Shown one piece after another: positions 44,165 through 53,576 of a stretch of DNA of 64,000 bases (the first letter of the stretch is position 1; every line of letters begins with the position of its first letter). The position numbers and the translations under genes are program-made. The stretch lies in IMG/VR virus record IMGVR_UViG_3300025121_000282, positions 62,001-126,000 of that record. One strand, written 5' to 3'. The notes under the pieces were generated by a model. That model was not told the origin of the DNA and did not search any database. It was given only the letters and a program-made list of their open reading frames with translations.

Positions 44165-45517
44165 TCAATTGGGTTTGAATTGAGCCATTCGCCATGATAT
44201 GGCCGCTGAAAAACAGCGCTCTTGCATGACGGCAGGGGTGCATGGCCCTTGGGACACCACTTCGTCCATTACTGACTGCGCCACTCCGCAGAGAATTCGA
44301 GCGCCCATCTTCATGCGCCCATCTTCATTCAGGTCACCAAATTCTACGACACCATCGATGCGACCAGGGCGAGTGGGATGCCACACCCCATCTATTAGCT
44401 GAGACCCTAACGCGGGGTCCAATATTTCTGCATGATTTGAGGTTATAAACAGTAGTATGCCAGACGATTCCTGTACCCCGTCTATACAATTCAATAAGCA
44501 GTCGAAGGTTACTGTGTCTTTATGCTTGTCTGCATTTACATTCCGCCGGCCATCAAACACAGAATCCAGATCTTCAAACAGAGCGATAGCTGGAGTGCTG
44601 TTGACAACTCCGGTCCAGGCTCGGTTTAATTCGCCATTTGACATGGAAGCTAAATCGAACATGAATATAGGCATCTTCAATTCCATGGCCACCGCTCTGA
44701 CAAAACTCGTTTTACCTGTTCCAGGAGGCCCTTGCAGCAAATATCCCCGTCGCCAAGGTACTGCTCTTTCGCGGAACCAGTCTTTGGAGGTTCTCCAGAA
44801 ATGAATCTCTTCTAGGGCTTGAGACGCTGTGGGTGACATCACCAAATTGGCTACGGTTCTTGCGGTCTTGGGAATGATGTCCTCTAGCGAGTATCCTATG
44901 ATGATAGTAGACGACCACTTGGAATGAATTGTTTCAAATTCCACTTCGTCTATAGTCTTCGTCGCACCAGGGCTATTTGAGTCATTTTTGTCATTTTGGC
45001 TTCCATAGCCAAAACATCGGATTACTCTGAACCTGTTGGAATTGACCGAGGCCCCTTCGTCTGCAAAACAATCTAGTGTCTCTTTTAAAATTTTGGGTAG
45101 GTTTAGTGTGCCTCTGATGTACCGTATTCTGGTTTTGGTTTCTGATGAACTACTAGGGGGGCCTTTGCCAGATCCAGTTACGGTATTGGATAAAAACACT
45201 GGTTGCCACCACTTGAGCCAAAATATCTGGTTCCCCTCACCCAGGTCTAGAGTGGCAACATACTGTTCTCTATCTCTAGAATGCACCCGTAAGTGCACAG
45301 CGCCGTACACCCGGTCTCCAAATGGGCTTCGCTTTGCGTGCGCCCTTAGGTACCCAGCTATGCTGCTTTTGACTTGGTGGTGAGATAGGTAATCAGTTGC
45401 GATCACATGTGAAAACAACCGATACACAAAGTCTCTCATTTTGGAAGAGACGGTGGTGGCTAGACCAGCAGCAATTAAGTACACCCAAGGCGGCACAGAC
45501 TCAAACAACTCAATCAT
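44165..45517 (-). CDS. BCS1-like AAA+ ATPase with N-terminal membrane anchor
   Basis: RRGYLLQGPPGTGKTS, LFEDLD, LLNCIDG, TSNH...LDPAL...RPGRID. Confidence 0.85.
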   Translation of the reverse strand: MIELFESVPPWVYLIAAGLATTVSSKMRDFVYRLFSHVIATDYLSHHQVKSSIAGYLRAHAKRSPFGDRVYGAVHLRVHSRDREQYVATLDLGEGNQIFWLKWWQPVFLSNTVTGSGKGPPSSSSETKTRIRYIRGTLNLPKILKETLDCFADEGASVNSNRFRVIRCFGYGSQNDKNDSNSPGATKTIDEVEFETIHSKWSSTIIIGYSLEDIIPKTARTVANLVMSPTASQALEEIHFWRTSKDWFRERAVPWRRGYLLQGPPGTGKTSFVRAVAMELKMPIFMFDLASMSNGELNRAWTGVVNSTPAIALFEDLDSVFDGRRNVNADKHKDTVTFDCLLNCIDGVQESSGILLFITSNHAEILDPALGSQLIDGVWHPTRPGRIDGVVEFGDLNEDGRMKMGARILCGVAQSVMDEVVSQGPCTPAVMQERCFSAAISWRMAQFKPN

Positions 45518-45845
45518 TTTTAATTCCTACCGTGCGCTCCCACTCTTCTGTAGCCAGGACGTTCCGAAAGTATGCTTCGTAGGTAGACGGTTGTACTAGC
45601 GTATTCTGGTCTACACTTGTCATGTTGCCTGTCAGCGACACGCCATACACTCTATTCAAGTTGAGTTTGTGGTACTTCACCGAACTGTCGGATAGACGTA
45701 GGTAGGCATTGGTACCGGTCCTTTTGATGAACCAGCCCCCGTACGGAATTTCTCTAGCAGGGATTAGAACCTGGACCACGGGTTTAGTCCCCGTTCGCAA
45801 GGGTCGTATGCGAGGCAGGACTATTGGGAGTGTTCGGGTCACCAA
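45510..45845 (-). CDS. hypothetical protein
   Basis: 111 aa ORF. Confidence 0.5.
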   Translation of the reverse strand: MVTRTLPIVLPRIRPLRTGTKPVVQVLIPAREIPYGGWFIKRTGTNAYLRLSDSSVKYHKLNLNRVYGVSLTGNMTSVDQNTLVQPSTYEAYFRNVLATEEWERTVGIKND

Positions 45846-46200
45846 ACGCTTTACTGATCAAGTCGTGAATTGCAACACCCGGTTCCACCCATTCTTGGGT
45901 AACCCGCAACATGAAGGCATAAGCGTGGACAGGCCACCCTGCCTCTTCTAGTGTACCGAGGTTTTTGTCTAATAGAGCCTGAAGGTGTGTGGGACTACAG
46001 ACATACACAGCCCCTGACAAAATTTTGCACACGTCCTGTGCCGCAATCTCTATAAGATACCCCAGGTCTTCACACTCTTTGACCACGCTTTCTATTCTTC
46101 GACTACAAAGGTGTGTGATAGTGTGCTGAGGTACATACCCCATCGGCTTCGCGGGGCCCAATCGCAAAATGTCGTTAAGAATGTAGCCATACTCAGCCAT
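45784..46200 (-). CDS. hypothetical protein
   Basis: 138 aa ORF. Confidence 0.55.
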   Translation of the reverse strand: MAEYGYILNDILRLGPAKPMGYVPQHTITHLCSRRIESVVKECEDLGYLIEIAAQDVCKILSGAVYVCSPTHLQALLDKNLGTLEEAGWPVHAYAFMLRVTQEWVEPGVAIHDLISKAFGDPNTPNSPASHTTLANGD

Positions 46201-46262
46201 TTCCTGCTCCTATCAAGATGTCCAGCCCGCAACCGAACAATCATTGGTAATTGGGTTCGTGG

Positions 46263-47852
46263 TCAGTCCCATCGGTCCAGTTTGTAGTCTGTGGCAATAT
46301 TACCAACCCAAACACGCAGGACTACGTTCCACGTACCACTCTTCTGACAAATGAGTCCCGATGCAGACTGGTCCTCAGTCCCTTCCATCTTGCTCGACTT
46401 GGAGTGGGCCTCCATAACCGACCTGATTTCGCGATACTCTGCCTTCAGAATCTCAGGGAACAGGCACGACCCCGCATCATGGGTGTCTTTCGCCCCCTCC
46501 AGGACAAAAAGGACCCCGGCCCCCTGGTGTTCCATGCCGCCGTTCCACATTGATGGCTGCAGAGTCACTGCTGAAACTGTACGGAAAGAACCTGCACTCA
46601 GTAACCACTGGTGGGCCGGCGACCCAGACGTGTACTGATACCACGCAACAGGATTCCGCTTCTCAGGCGTATCCCACTGCAGAATGGGAGGCGCATCGAA
46701 GTTCACAGCCGTTGTCAGCGCAGCAAAAGAGCCGTGCCCAGGCACCAGCAATTCGATTTTCCCCGCCTTGTGCAAGACGGTACTCTCGAATTTCACCCAA
46801 GTGATCGGTTTTGCAGGTGCACCGGTCACAACACTTTGAACAGAGGTGTCCTTGGCTTTCAGATGTCCAAACACCCCAGAACCGTTCTTAGTCTCTGACT
46901 TGGGCGTGGGTCGCCAAAGAGCCTGAATCTCTTCGAGTCGAGCATAGCGACGGGCCAATGCACCAGCGGACTGAAGCTGCTCAACGATTTTTTCAGCAGC
47001 CGCGATGTTACCCGCCTTGGGCGGAGCCTGAGGCCGCTGGTATTGATCGGGCTGCATCTTGTCTGCAAACCGTTTGGCCGCAGTGCTGAAAGGTACGCCA
47101 TTGGCTACGTCCACCAGCAAGGTTCCAACCATTGAGGTACGCGGGTGACAGAATCCTGACGGAGCCGTGGCAATTGCCAGCCACACCACATTCTCCTTCA
47201 GCAACTTGCCCTTAGCCTGACTCCGAGCCACATGTAGGTCATGTAGCCACTTGGCGGGACCAAGTACTTTCTCGCTGCGGTACAACTGCTCCGCTTCCAG
47301 CAGGGCCAGAACCTTTTCAACAAGCGGCTGTTTGAACTCGTCCAGTGCACGGCTGACGTTCTGGAAGTCCTGTTTCTTCTCAGCCATCACTTGTTCGGCA
47401 TTGAGCGTCGGGTGCTTGAAAATCGTCTTAGGTACAACCGAGAAGTGAGTCCACGGCCCAGTTTTGGGTACGCCCCACTCAGGCTCCGACGACAGAAATA
47501 CACCGGTGACATACGCTTTCCGCACAGCTTGGGCCATGGCCTCATCTGTGTCCGCGTACACCGTGCTACCACCCCACATGACCGGATGTGTACGACCGTC
47601 CGGACCGATGGTGACCAATCCGCCGAATCGCTCGATAAATCTGCGACAACAATTGCAGGCGTGGGCCTGCCGCTCAACCGGGTCTTTGAATGAGTTCAGG
47701 TATGTCTCATACAGATTTGACACGCTAGTGGTGAACACGGGCGCGCTCATCGAGTTAAGGTTGTAGTGGTTCTTAACCCGCTCCAAGAACCAGTTATAAT
47801 GTTCGTCTGGCGTATGCGAAGTGGTGGTCACAGCAACGGTGGAAACAGTCAT
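46263..47852 (-). CDS. conserved-looking hypothetical protein (529 aa)
   Basis: Long GC-rich ORF; HACNCCRRF and CFHPRT-like motifs. Confidence 0.75.
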   Translation of the reverse strand: MTVSTVAVTTTSHTPDEHYNWFLERVKNHYNLNSMSAPVFTTSVSNLYETYLNSFKDPVERQAHACNCCRRFIERFGGLVTIGPDGRTHPVMWGGSTVYADTDEAMAQAVRKAYVTGVFLSSEPEWGVPKTGPWTHFSVVPKTIFKHPTLNAEQVMAEKKQDFQNVSRALDEFKQPLVEKVLALLEAEQLYRSEKVLGPAKWLHDLHVARSQAKGKLLKENVVWLAIATAPSGFCHPRTSMVGTLLVDVANGVPFSTAAKRFADKMQPDQYQRPQAPPKAGNIAAAEKIVEQLQSAGALARRYARLEEIQALWRPTPKSETKNGSGVFGHLKAKDTSVQSVVTGAPAKPITWVKFESTVLHKAGKIELLVPGHGSFAALTTAVNFDAPPILQWDTPEKRNPVAWYQYTSGSPAHQWLLSAGSFRTVSAVTLQPSMWNGGMEHQGAGVLFVLEGAKDTHDAGSCLFPEILKAEYREIRSVMEAHSKSSKMEGTEDQSASGLICQKSGTWNVVLRVWVGNIATDYKLDRWD

Positions 47853-47911
47853 GTTGGATACTTTCTACGTAATGTCTGGGTATAATTACCCAATGGTAAA
47901 TCACTGGTCAA

Positions 47912-48145
47912 TCATAACTTGGTATTACAGGGGCCGCCTGTCTCTACAAATTTATGACTATGTTCTCTGAACCAGTACCCAGGTTCTGTGGAATATACAT
48001 CCACATTTTTTCTTTTAGTGCCCATGGCCAAATTCAGGGTAAACTGGGCCTCTGTTTTGGTACAGGGCACCACCGAGACTACCGTCCATCCCCCAATGGC
48101 TTTGTTAAGCTTGTCAGTGTTGGCGCCAGTGTTATAAAGAGCCAT
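47912..48145 (-). CDS. hypothetical protein
   Basis: 77 aa ORF. Confidence 0.45.
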   Translation of the reverse strand: MALYNTGANTDKLNKAIGGWTVVSVVPCTKTEAQFTLNLAMGTKRKNVDVYSTEPGYWFREHSHKFVETGGPCNTKL

Positions 48146-48151
48146 CTTTAG

Positions 48152-48460
48152 TTACTCCTTATTTAGAAATTTCCCCAAGAACACATACAATTTTTCAGCT
48201 TCTTTTTTACCTAGAATGGTGCAGTCCCAATGACCGTACCTCGATTGATGACCAAACACGTATTTGGTGGCCATCACAACCCGTTTATACCACGGATTGC
48301 ACGGGTTCAGTTGTACACTTGTGTAACAGCACTCTTCGGGCTCCCCCTCTTCGGGCTCGAACTGCACAAACTGCAAAATGTGTTCTGTGCTGCTGCACTC
48401 ACACACCACATGTAAAGTTGTGATGAAATCTTGTGGAGACATTTTAGTGGACAATCCCAA
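48152..48460 (-). CDS. hypothetical protein
   Basis: 102 aa ORF, CECSSTEH. Confidence 0.55.
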   Translation of the reverse strand: MGLSTKMSPQDFITTLHVVCECSSTEHILQFVQFEPEEGEPEECCYTSVQLNPCNPWYKRVVMATKYVFGHQSRYGHWDCTILGKKEAEKLYVFLGKFLNKE

Positions 48461-48809
48461 TTCAGTCTGGTGGGTTTATGTGATTCAAAGTCTGGTAGAA
48501 CGGAGAGGGAAACGCGGTAATCCCCTCCCCGGCTTCTATTATGTTGGGTCAACCACTGATCCTACAAGAAGAATACGTCAGCATAACGGCCTCAAGAAGG
48601 GAGGCGGGAAGTATACCTTCAAGGCCCGTCCTTGGGTTCCCCGCGCCCTCTACGGTCCGTATTGCAACAGGAGTGAGGCCCTAAGGGCAGAGATGGCTCT
48701 CAAGCACAACAAAAGGGGTGTGGAAAGAATCAAGTGGTCCATTAATGACCACCATTTGTGCAGAGGCTTGGGACCCGATGACCCCTGGGTCACTTCTTCA
48801 AAACCCTGA
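48423..48809 (+). CDS. GIY-YIG nuclease (SLX1-like)
   Basis: WVYVIQ...YYVGSTTDPTRRIRQHNG...GGGKYT...EALRAE; start uncertain. Confidence 0.85.
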   Translation: MKSCGDILVDNPNSVWWVYVIQSLVERRGKRGNPLPGFYYVGSTTDPTRRIRQHNGLKKGGGKYTFKARPWVPRALYGPYCNRSEALRAEMALKHNKRGVERIKWSINDHHLCRGLGPDDPWVTSSKP

Positions 48810-49094
48810 TCACACCTTTGGGTGTGGTTCTATTTTATTTAATAAATCGGGATACGTTGACTCGGTTACTTCCAAGTCATACTTATTTTGCAGTTCCAGC
48901 CAGTATTCTGCTGGTACTTTGAGAAACTTGGACAAACGTAGAGCCACCTTAGCGGTCATGGGGCTCATCCCATTAACTATTCGCCATGCCTGTCTGTCTG
49001 ATATTTTGATATGTTGAGCTAGCAAATACTCCGTCAAGTCCAGAGGCTTCAAAAATTGTTGTCTCAACACAGTACCAGGATGCGGGTTATTCAT
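48810..49094 (-). CDS. higA: orphan HigA-family antitoxin
   Basis: PHPGTVLRQQFLKPL...IVNGMSPMTAKVALRLSK...AEYWLELQNKYDL. Confidence 0.85.
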   Translation of the reverse strand: MNNPHPGTVLRQQFLKPLDLTEYLLAQHIKISDRQAWRIVNGMSPMTAKVALRLSKFLKVPAEYWLELQNKYDLEVTESTYPDLLNKIEPHPKV

Positions 49095-49593
49095 ACTCCA
49101 CCGTAATTTTTATAGTCTTCTCACCGGGCAATTTTATTCTTGTAATGTGCTTGTCTACATGTTCGGTACCCAAGCCGCCAGCGCCCCAATGAGAACCTAC
49201 TGCGCCAATTTCGGGTCCGTATGAGTGTGGTGGCACCAAATAGGCAGCTTGGCACATTATGTTGGAAGCCAGATAGTGTGTTAATGGTCTATCCGAGTCC
49301 CGTTTTGCAGCGGTGTTCCACTCTTCAAATGACCTACCGACAATCTTCTGAACTTCCTGGTCATTGGGGTTTAGCCTAGAAATATCAGTTGTTACCCTGT
49401 GCAAAGAGACACTTCCACCCTCTTTTGGTGGTGTTGGAAAGTCCTTGCTCAGTTCAACGGATTTTGTGTCCCAGTTATAAACAACCCAAAATGTTAACTG
49501 TCTCTCTTGCATTTGTACCACCTCTATACCATTATACAGAGGATTCTTTTTTATGTGTCGGAAGGGATATAAAAAATTTGGACCCCCTGTCAA
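49087..49593 (-). CDS. hypothetical protein
   Basis: 168 aa ORF; start uncertain. Confidence 0.5.
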   Translation of the reverse strand: MTGGPNFLYPFRHIKKNPLYNGIEVVQMQERQLTFWVVYNWDTKSVELSKDFPTPPKEGGSVSLHRVTTDISRLNPNDQEVQKIVGRSFEEWNTAAKRDSDRPLTHYLASNIMCQAAYLVPPHSYGPEIGAVGSHWGAGGLGTEHVDKHITRIKLPGEKTIKITVEYE

Positions 49594-51064
49594 CTTCTGA
49601 TTCCAATCTTATGGTGCCACCAAGTCTCTCTATTATCATTTTGGTCAAGTACAGCCCAACACCAGTACCTGGAAATTCTGTGGTCAGTCTCTCAAATAAC
49701 AAAAACAACTTTTTGTGATACACAGGGTCTATGCCCACCCCGTTATCTTCTACTACCACAACAGGTGCAAAACTTTGTGGGTCGGCGATGACATGTATTT
49801 TTACCATTTTTACAATACTTTTGTTAAATTTGAGACCGTTATCTATGAGATTGTTGAAGGCCTCTGTTAAAAGTGTTTGATCTCCCAACACCATAGGAAG
49901 GTCTGAACTTATTTTTATGTAACAATCTGAGGCTTCTCTACAGTACGCCAGCCTCATAGGCCTGAGTATGGTGTTCAGGTCTACTGGAAGCGCCTTCATA
50001 TTTTTTAATTTTCGTATGTCAGACACCTTGTGGAGACCATCTATTATGTCGGATAGCAGTACTGCATCTTGTTTTATGTCCGTAATGTACTCTTGCATCC
50101 CATCTGGAAGTTTAAAGTCTTCCTCTATTATCTGCGCAGCACCCAAGATGCTGCGAGGCGGACTTCTTAATTGGTGTGCTGCCACATTAGCAAAACCAGA
50201 TAAAGCAACATTCGCCTGTTCTAGCTCGTGTATGGTGTTTTTTAGGTGTTCTTGTTGTTTGACAAACTCAGTCAGGTTCGTTGCGCTCATGTACATACCC
50301 CCGGATTGGCGGTCCCGGGTTATACTCCACAATAAGTGTACCCTGTTACCATTGGCTGTTCGTGTTTTTGCTTTTGCTCTTGTTATTTTTGTAAAACTGT
50401 CCACCTCCTCTTCCTCAAATTCTTCCTCAAATTCTTCCTCAAATTCTATCCATTCTTTCCACGGTCTACTTGTCAATTCTAGTTCTGACCGCCCCAATAG
50501 CTGTTGGAGGCCCTTACTTACAAAAGACCATTTCTCAAGATCAGTGGGTCGAGTCGTGGCAACCAACTCTAGCCCCACTAATAACCAGTACTTGAGGTCT
50601 ATGTCCCTTTTGTGGTGTTCGCTTATATCCCTTGCTGTAGCATATACCTGAGTTCCATCAGACGCAGCCGTCCATTCCAGGTATACTTCTGCCTTGTCTT
50701 TTCGTATGTATCTGTTTACAAATCCCATCGTGTGGTGGTCTATATTTTGTAGCGCAACAGCTTCTTTTATAGTCTTCTCTCTGTCTTGTGGGTGTACAAA
50801 GTTAATAAGTGGTTTTGACTTGAGTTCCTCTAATGAGTACCCAATAGTTTTAACCCACCCTTTAGACAAAAATGTGAACACACCATTTGAGACGGTGCAA
50901 TGCAAATCACTAGAACTGTTAAACCATTTGTCCAGTAGTTCTTTTTGATTTTTGTACTCTAAAGATTTTTTGTAATATTCTGTTTTTTTAAGCCAAAAAA
51001 GAAAATACGGTAATACCAACAAAAATAGCAACACCCAGTCATGGAACTCTAATTCTTGAATCAT
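49532..51064 (-). CDS. membrane-anchored PAS-domain sensor histidine kinase
   Basis: TM helix, PAS (LGYSLEEL...VHPQDRE), H-box AAHQLRSP, N-box NLIDNGLKF, DNGVGI, GTGVGL. Confidence 0.9.
   Translation of the reverse strand: MIQELEFHDWVLLFLLVLPYFLFWLKKTEYYKKSLEYKNQKELLDKWFNSSSDLHCTVSNGVFTFLSKGWVKTIGYSLEELKSKPLINFVHPQDREKTIKEAVALQNIDHHTMGFVNRYIRKDKAEVYLEWTAASDGTQVYATARDISEHHKRDIDLKYWLLVGLELVATTRPTDLEKWSFVSKGLQQLLGRSELELTSRPWKEWIEFEEEFEEEFEEEEVDSFTKITRAKAKTRTANGNRVHLLWSITRDRQSGGMYMSATNLTEFVKQQEHLKNTIHELEQANVALSGFANVAAHQLRSPPRSILGAAQIIEEDFKLPDGMQEYITDIKQDAVLLSDIIDGLHKVSDIRKLKNMKALPVDLNTILRPMRLAYCREASDCYIKISSDLPMVLGDQTLLTEAFNNLIDNGLKFNKSIVKMVKIHVIADPQSFAPVVVVEDNGVGIDPVYHKKLFLLFERLTTEFPGTGVGLYLTKMIIERLGGTIRLESEVDRGSKFFISLPTHKKESSV
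50409..50446. repeat. 12-bp tandem repeat (about 3 copies) encoding EFEE in the kinase linker
   Basis: (tcttcctcaaat)n gives EFEEEFEEEFEEEE. Confidence 0.8.
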
Positions 51065-51498
51065 GACCTTGGCAAAAAAGCATGGTCTATCCAGAATGTA
51101 CCCAGTGCGTGTATCACATCCTCAAACTCTTTGGGGTCTATTGGTTTTCTTAGATATGCATTTGACCCTGCTGCGTGGGCCTCGTCTACGTCTGAGTCAC
51201 TAGACGACGTAGTAAACACTATAACTGGTATTTTTATTAGAAGTGGGGATGCTCTCATTTCTCTCAATACCTCTATACCATTCTTTAAAGGAAGCATCCA
51301 ATCCAACAAAATCAAATCCGGACGTTCAACGCCGGAATACACATTTCTTTGAAACAAGTAATCCAGTGCTGACACTCCGTCCTCCACTACATCAACCGGA
51401 ATGTGTCCCCACCCTAATTTGTTCAGTGCTCGGATAACTTGTCTGGCATCCTGCTTTCGGTCTTCTACTAAAAGCAAGTGATGGGGTGTTTTTCTCAT
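51061..51498 (-). CDS. single-domain response regulator (Rcp1/CheY-like receiver)
   Basis: LLVED, PDLILLDW, NGIEVL, FTTSS, YLRKP; ATG at 51498 overlaps the upstream TGA. Confidence 0.9.
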   Translation of the reverse strand: MRKTPHHLLLVEDRKQDARQVIRALNKLGWGHIPVDVVEDGVSALDYLFQRNVYSGVERPDLILLDWMLPLKNGIEVLREMRASPLLIKIPVIVFTTSSSDSDVDEAHAAGSNAYLRKPIDPKEFEDVIHALGTFWIDHAFLPRS

Positions 51499-52013
51499 TT
51501 GCCCACCACCCCTATAATATCGGCTAAACTTATCCCTGCGATTTTCATCACTATAGCCGCAAACAACAGTGACACAGCTAATACTATGTACCTCCCACCA
51601 ACATTCCACACGGCTTGAGCACCCAGTACTACTAAACTCCGTTCTTGCTTTCTTTCCCCCAGTTCAGACCGAATAATCTCTTGTATCAGTGCCCTTTCTT
51701 CTTTGCCTGCGTCTGCATTTGTCTCTTTGCGGTCTTTTCTCTCTTCTCCTAGTAACTCGAAAATTCGGGCTAATTCATTTCGTCTGGTGACCTCTGCACC
51801 TTCTGACATCAATTTTAATTCTGAGATTGAGCGGTCCAGGTTATCCAGTTTAGCCACTATATTGGTTGTAGCTTCTCGCAGCGTCTGTCTATTAACGACA
51901 GACTCGTTTTGGTAAGAGCTTATAGTTGCGGTTATGGTGGCCATAACCTCTGTGCTTTTTACCAACACAGATAACACCGCATTTGTTGATGGTGAGCTGG
52001 GGTCTTCTGACAC
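51495..52013 (-). CDS. coiled-coil protein with C-terminal TM helix
   Basis: Heptad-rich body, hydrophobic C-terminus; ATGA-coupled to the response regulator. Confidence 0.65.
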   Translation of the reverse strand: MSEDPSSPSTNAVLSVLVKSTEVMATITATISSYQNESVVNRQTLREATTNIVAKLDNLDRSISELKLMSEGAEVTRRNELARIFELLGEERKDRKETNADAGKEERALIQEIIRSELGERKQERSLVVLGAQAVWNVGGRYIVLAVSLLFAAIVMKIAGISLADIIGVVGK

Positions 52014-52024
52014 GGGTCTCTCAC

Positions 52025-52069
52025 TAGTTCAGGTGTGGTTTGCCGGTCGAGGCAGTCACACCTGAACTA
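52025..52069. promoter_or_regulatory. 13-bp inverted repeat immediately upstream of the two-component operon
   Basis: tagttcaggtgtg / cacacctgaacta with inner tgcc/ggca stem. Confidence 0.4.
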
Positions 52070-52155
52070 TAATAGAACCCTTAACGTAGGATGGGGCTGT
52101 ACGGAACAAAGAAAGGGGGCCTATAATAAGAGGGATTGTTTTGACGGCGGCCGGT

Positions 52156-52494
52156 CTACTTATCGCATTTGCCGCATGGGGGAGGACACCGGACGTGACT
52201 AGCAAACTCCGTCCAACTTATACTATATGGGACCACAGCAACATAGCTGGGGTCTTTCAAACCTTTTTCCAGTTCTGTTTTAACAGAATCGACCTCTTGC
52301 TTTTGTGCTTTAATCCCTCCGGGTTTAAACACGCTGATAACAGCACCCACAGGGACCTCAACCCAGTGTAAAGCAGACCCCACCACCACAATGTGTTCAG
52401 GGTCGCCCTTGGCTTTTTCCAGTTCCGACTTGATGTGTGCCAGTTCAATGGGGTCGGCTTCGGGGGCACACCAGACAATGGTACTATTCCGCAT
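52156..52494 (-). CDS. hypothetical protein with internal duplication
   Basis: IKSELEKAKGDPEHIVVV / VKTELEKGLKDPSYVAVV. Confidence 0.55.
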   Translation of the reverse strand: MRNSTIVWCAPEADPIELAHIKSELEKAKGDPEHIVVVGSALHWVEVPVGAVISVFKPGGIKAQKQEVDSVKTELEKGLKDPSYVAVVPYSISWTEFASHVRCPPPCGKCDK

Positions 52495-52503
52495 CTATTT
52501 AAC

Positions 52504-52731
52504 TCAATCCTCTGTGGTTTCGGGTTTCAGCTTGGCTTTGACTGACAGACCCAAGGTTGTGAGTCTGTACCAGAAGTTTGGCATCCCGTCGACGGTGCTT
52601 TCAAGTGGGCGGGCCTCAATGAGACCCATTCTTTCCGCTTCATCTGTTGTGGGTCCAGCCAAAAAACTCGGCATTACGTCACCGGATTGGTCGGTAGTAC
52701 GAATGAGGTCCTCAATATTAGTTGTTTTCAA
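52504..52731 (-). CDS. hypothetical winged-helix-like protein
   Basis: AERMGLIE...WYRLTTLG. Confidence 0.45.
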   Translation of the reverse strand: MKTTNIEDLIRTTDQSGDVMPSFLAGPTTDEAERMGLIEARPLESTVDGMPNFWYRLTTLGLSVKAKLKPETTED

Positions 52732-53086
52732 GTTCTACACATTCCTTAGAAGATTCAGGCCACGCATATACGTTATAGGGTAAAAACTGCGGAAGGTGGT
52801 ATACTACTTCCACGTCCAGGTCAGGTATGTGTGTCACAAACTTGGAATTTAACTGTTCACAAGCCACAGTTGCCACACCACTGTCTCCAGTGGCCTCTTC
52901 CGTAGCAATCCACATTCCGTCGTGACTACCCTCACCGCGGACCTCGTTATTTTGGTCCAAAGTAATAAACACATCCCCTGCCTTAATGTCTCCCATATCA
53001 ACTACGTTCCATTCCAGGCGTAAAACCCTGGCCATGGGGTTGTTGGCGTTGTGAGGTCTAGGAGAATTGACGACGTTGATTTTCAT
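52718..53086 (-). CDS. hypothetical protein
   Basis: 122 aa ORF. Confidence 0.55.
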   Translation of the reverse strand: MKINVVNSPRPHNANNPMARVLRLEWNVVDMGDIKAGDVFITLDQNNEVRGEGSHDGMWIATEEATGDSGVATVACEQLNSKFVTHIPDLDVEVVYHLPQFLPYNVYAWPESSKECVELENN

Positions 53087-53099
53087 TGATTTTCCTGTC

Positions 53100-53550
53100 T
53101 AAAACTAAAGAAGGGTGCTAACCTAGGGCGTGTATCTGTTGGCGTGGAGGCTTCTGCCTGGGTATAACCCGACTGACCAGACACGAAGACGGGAAGGTGT
53201 TCCTACTGGTTGCGGGGTTGGACCCGTTCCTCTTTGTGCAGTTTTAAGGCTGACTCGCTTGGCCACCACTGCTTGTCCGATAGGTTTTAGCCCAAGGACG
53301 TTTTCCTGCGAGTCTTCGTACTGCCAACCTCCAAAACCCAGTTGTGTGGCATACTAGTGCCAGATTGTACTGGGGGTTTAGAATTAGAGGGCCGGGGCAG
53401 GATTCTCACCTGCCGGATTCTCACCGACTCAAGAACGTTTCCTTCTCTTCCCACAAGTGGAAGAGAGTATTGCTCACAACTAACGTTCTTTGCAGCAATT
53501 CCCAGGTGTCATCACCCCGAGACTGTCTCCCGCTCCAGTATTATTCTACA
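53100..53550 (-). ncRNA. candidate structured RNA with tandem T-loop-like hairpins
   Basis: Intergenic gap with many stems; CGG-UGAGAAU-CCG and GCAGG-UGAGAAU-CCUGC in tandem. Confidence 0.45.
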
Positions 53551-53576
53551 ACGAGCAGCCGTTGTTAATGGCTTGT

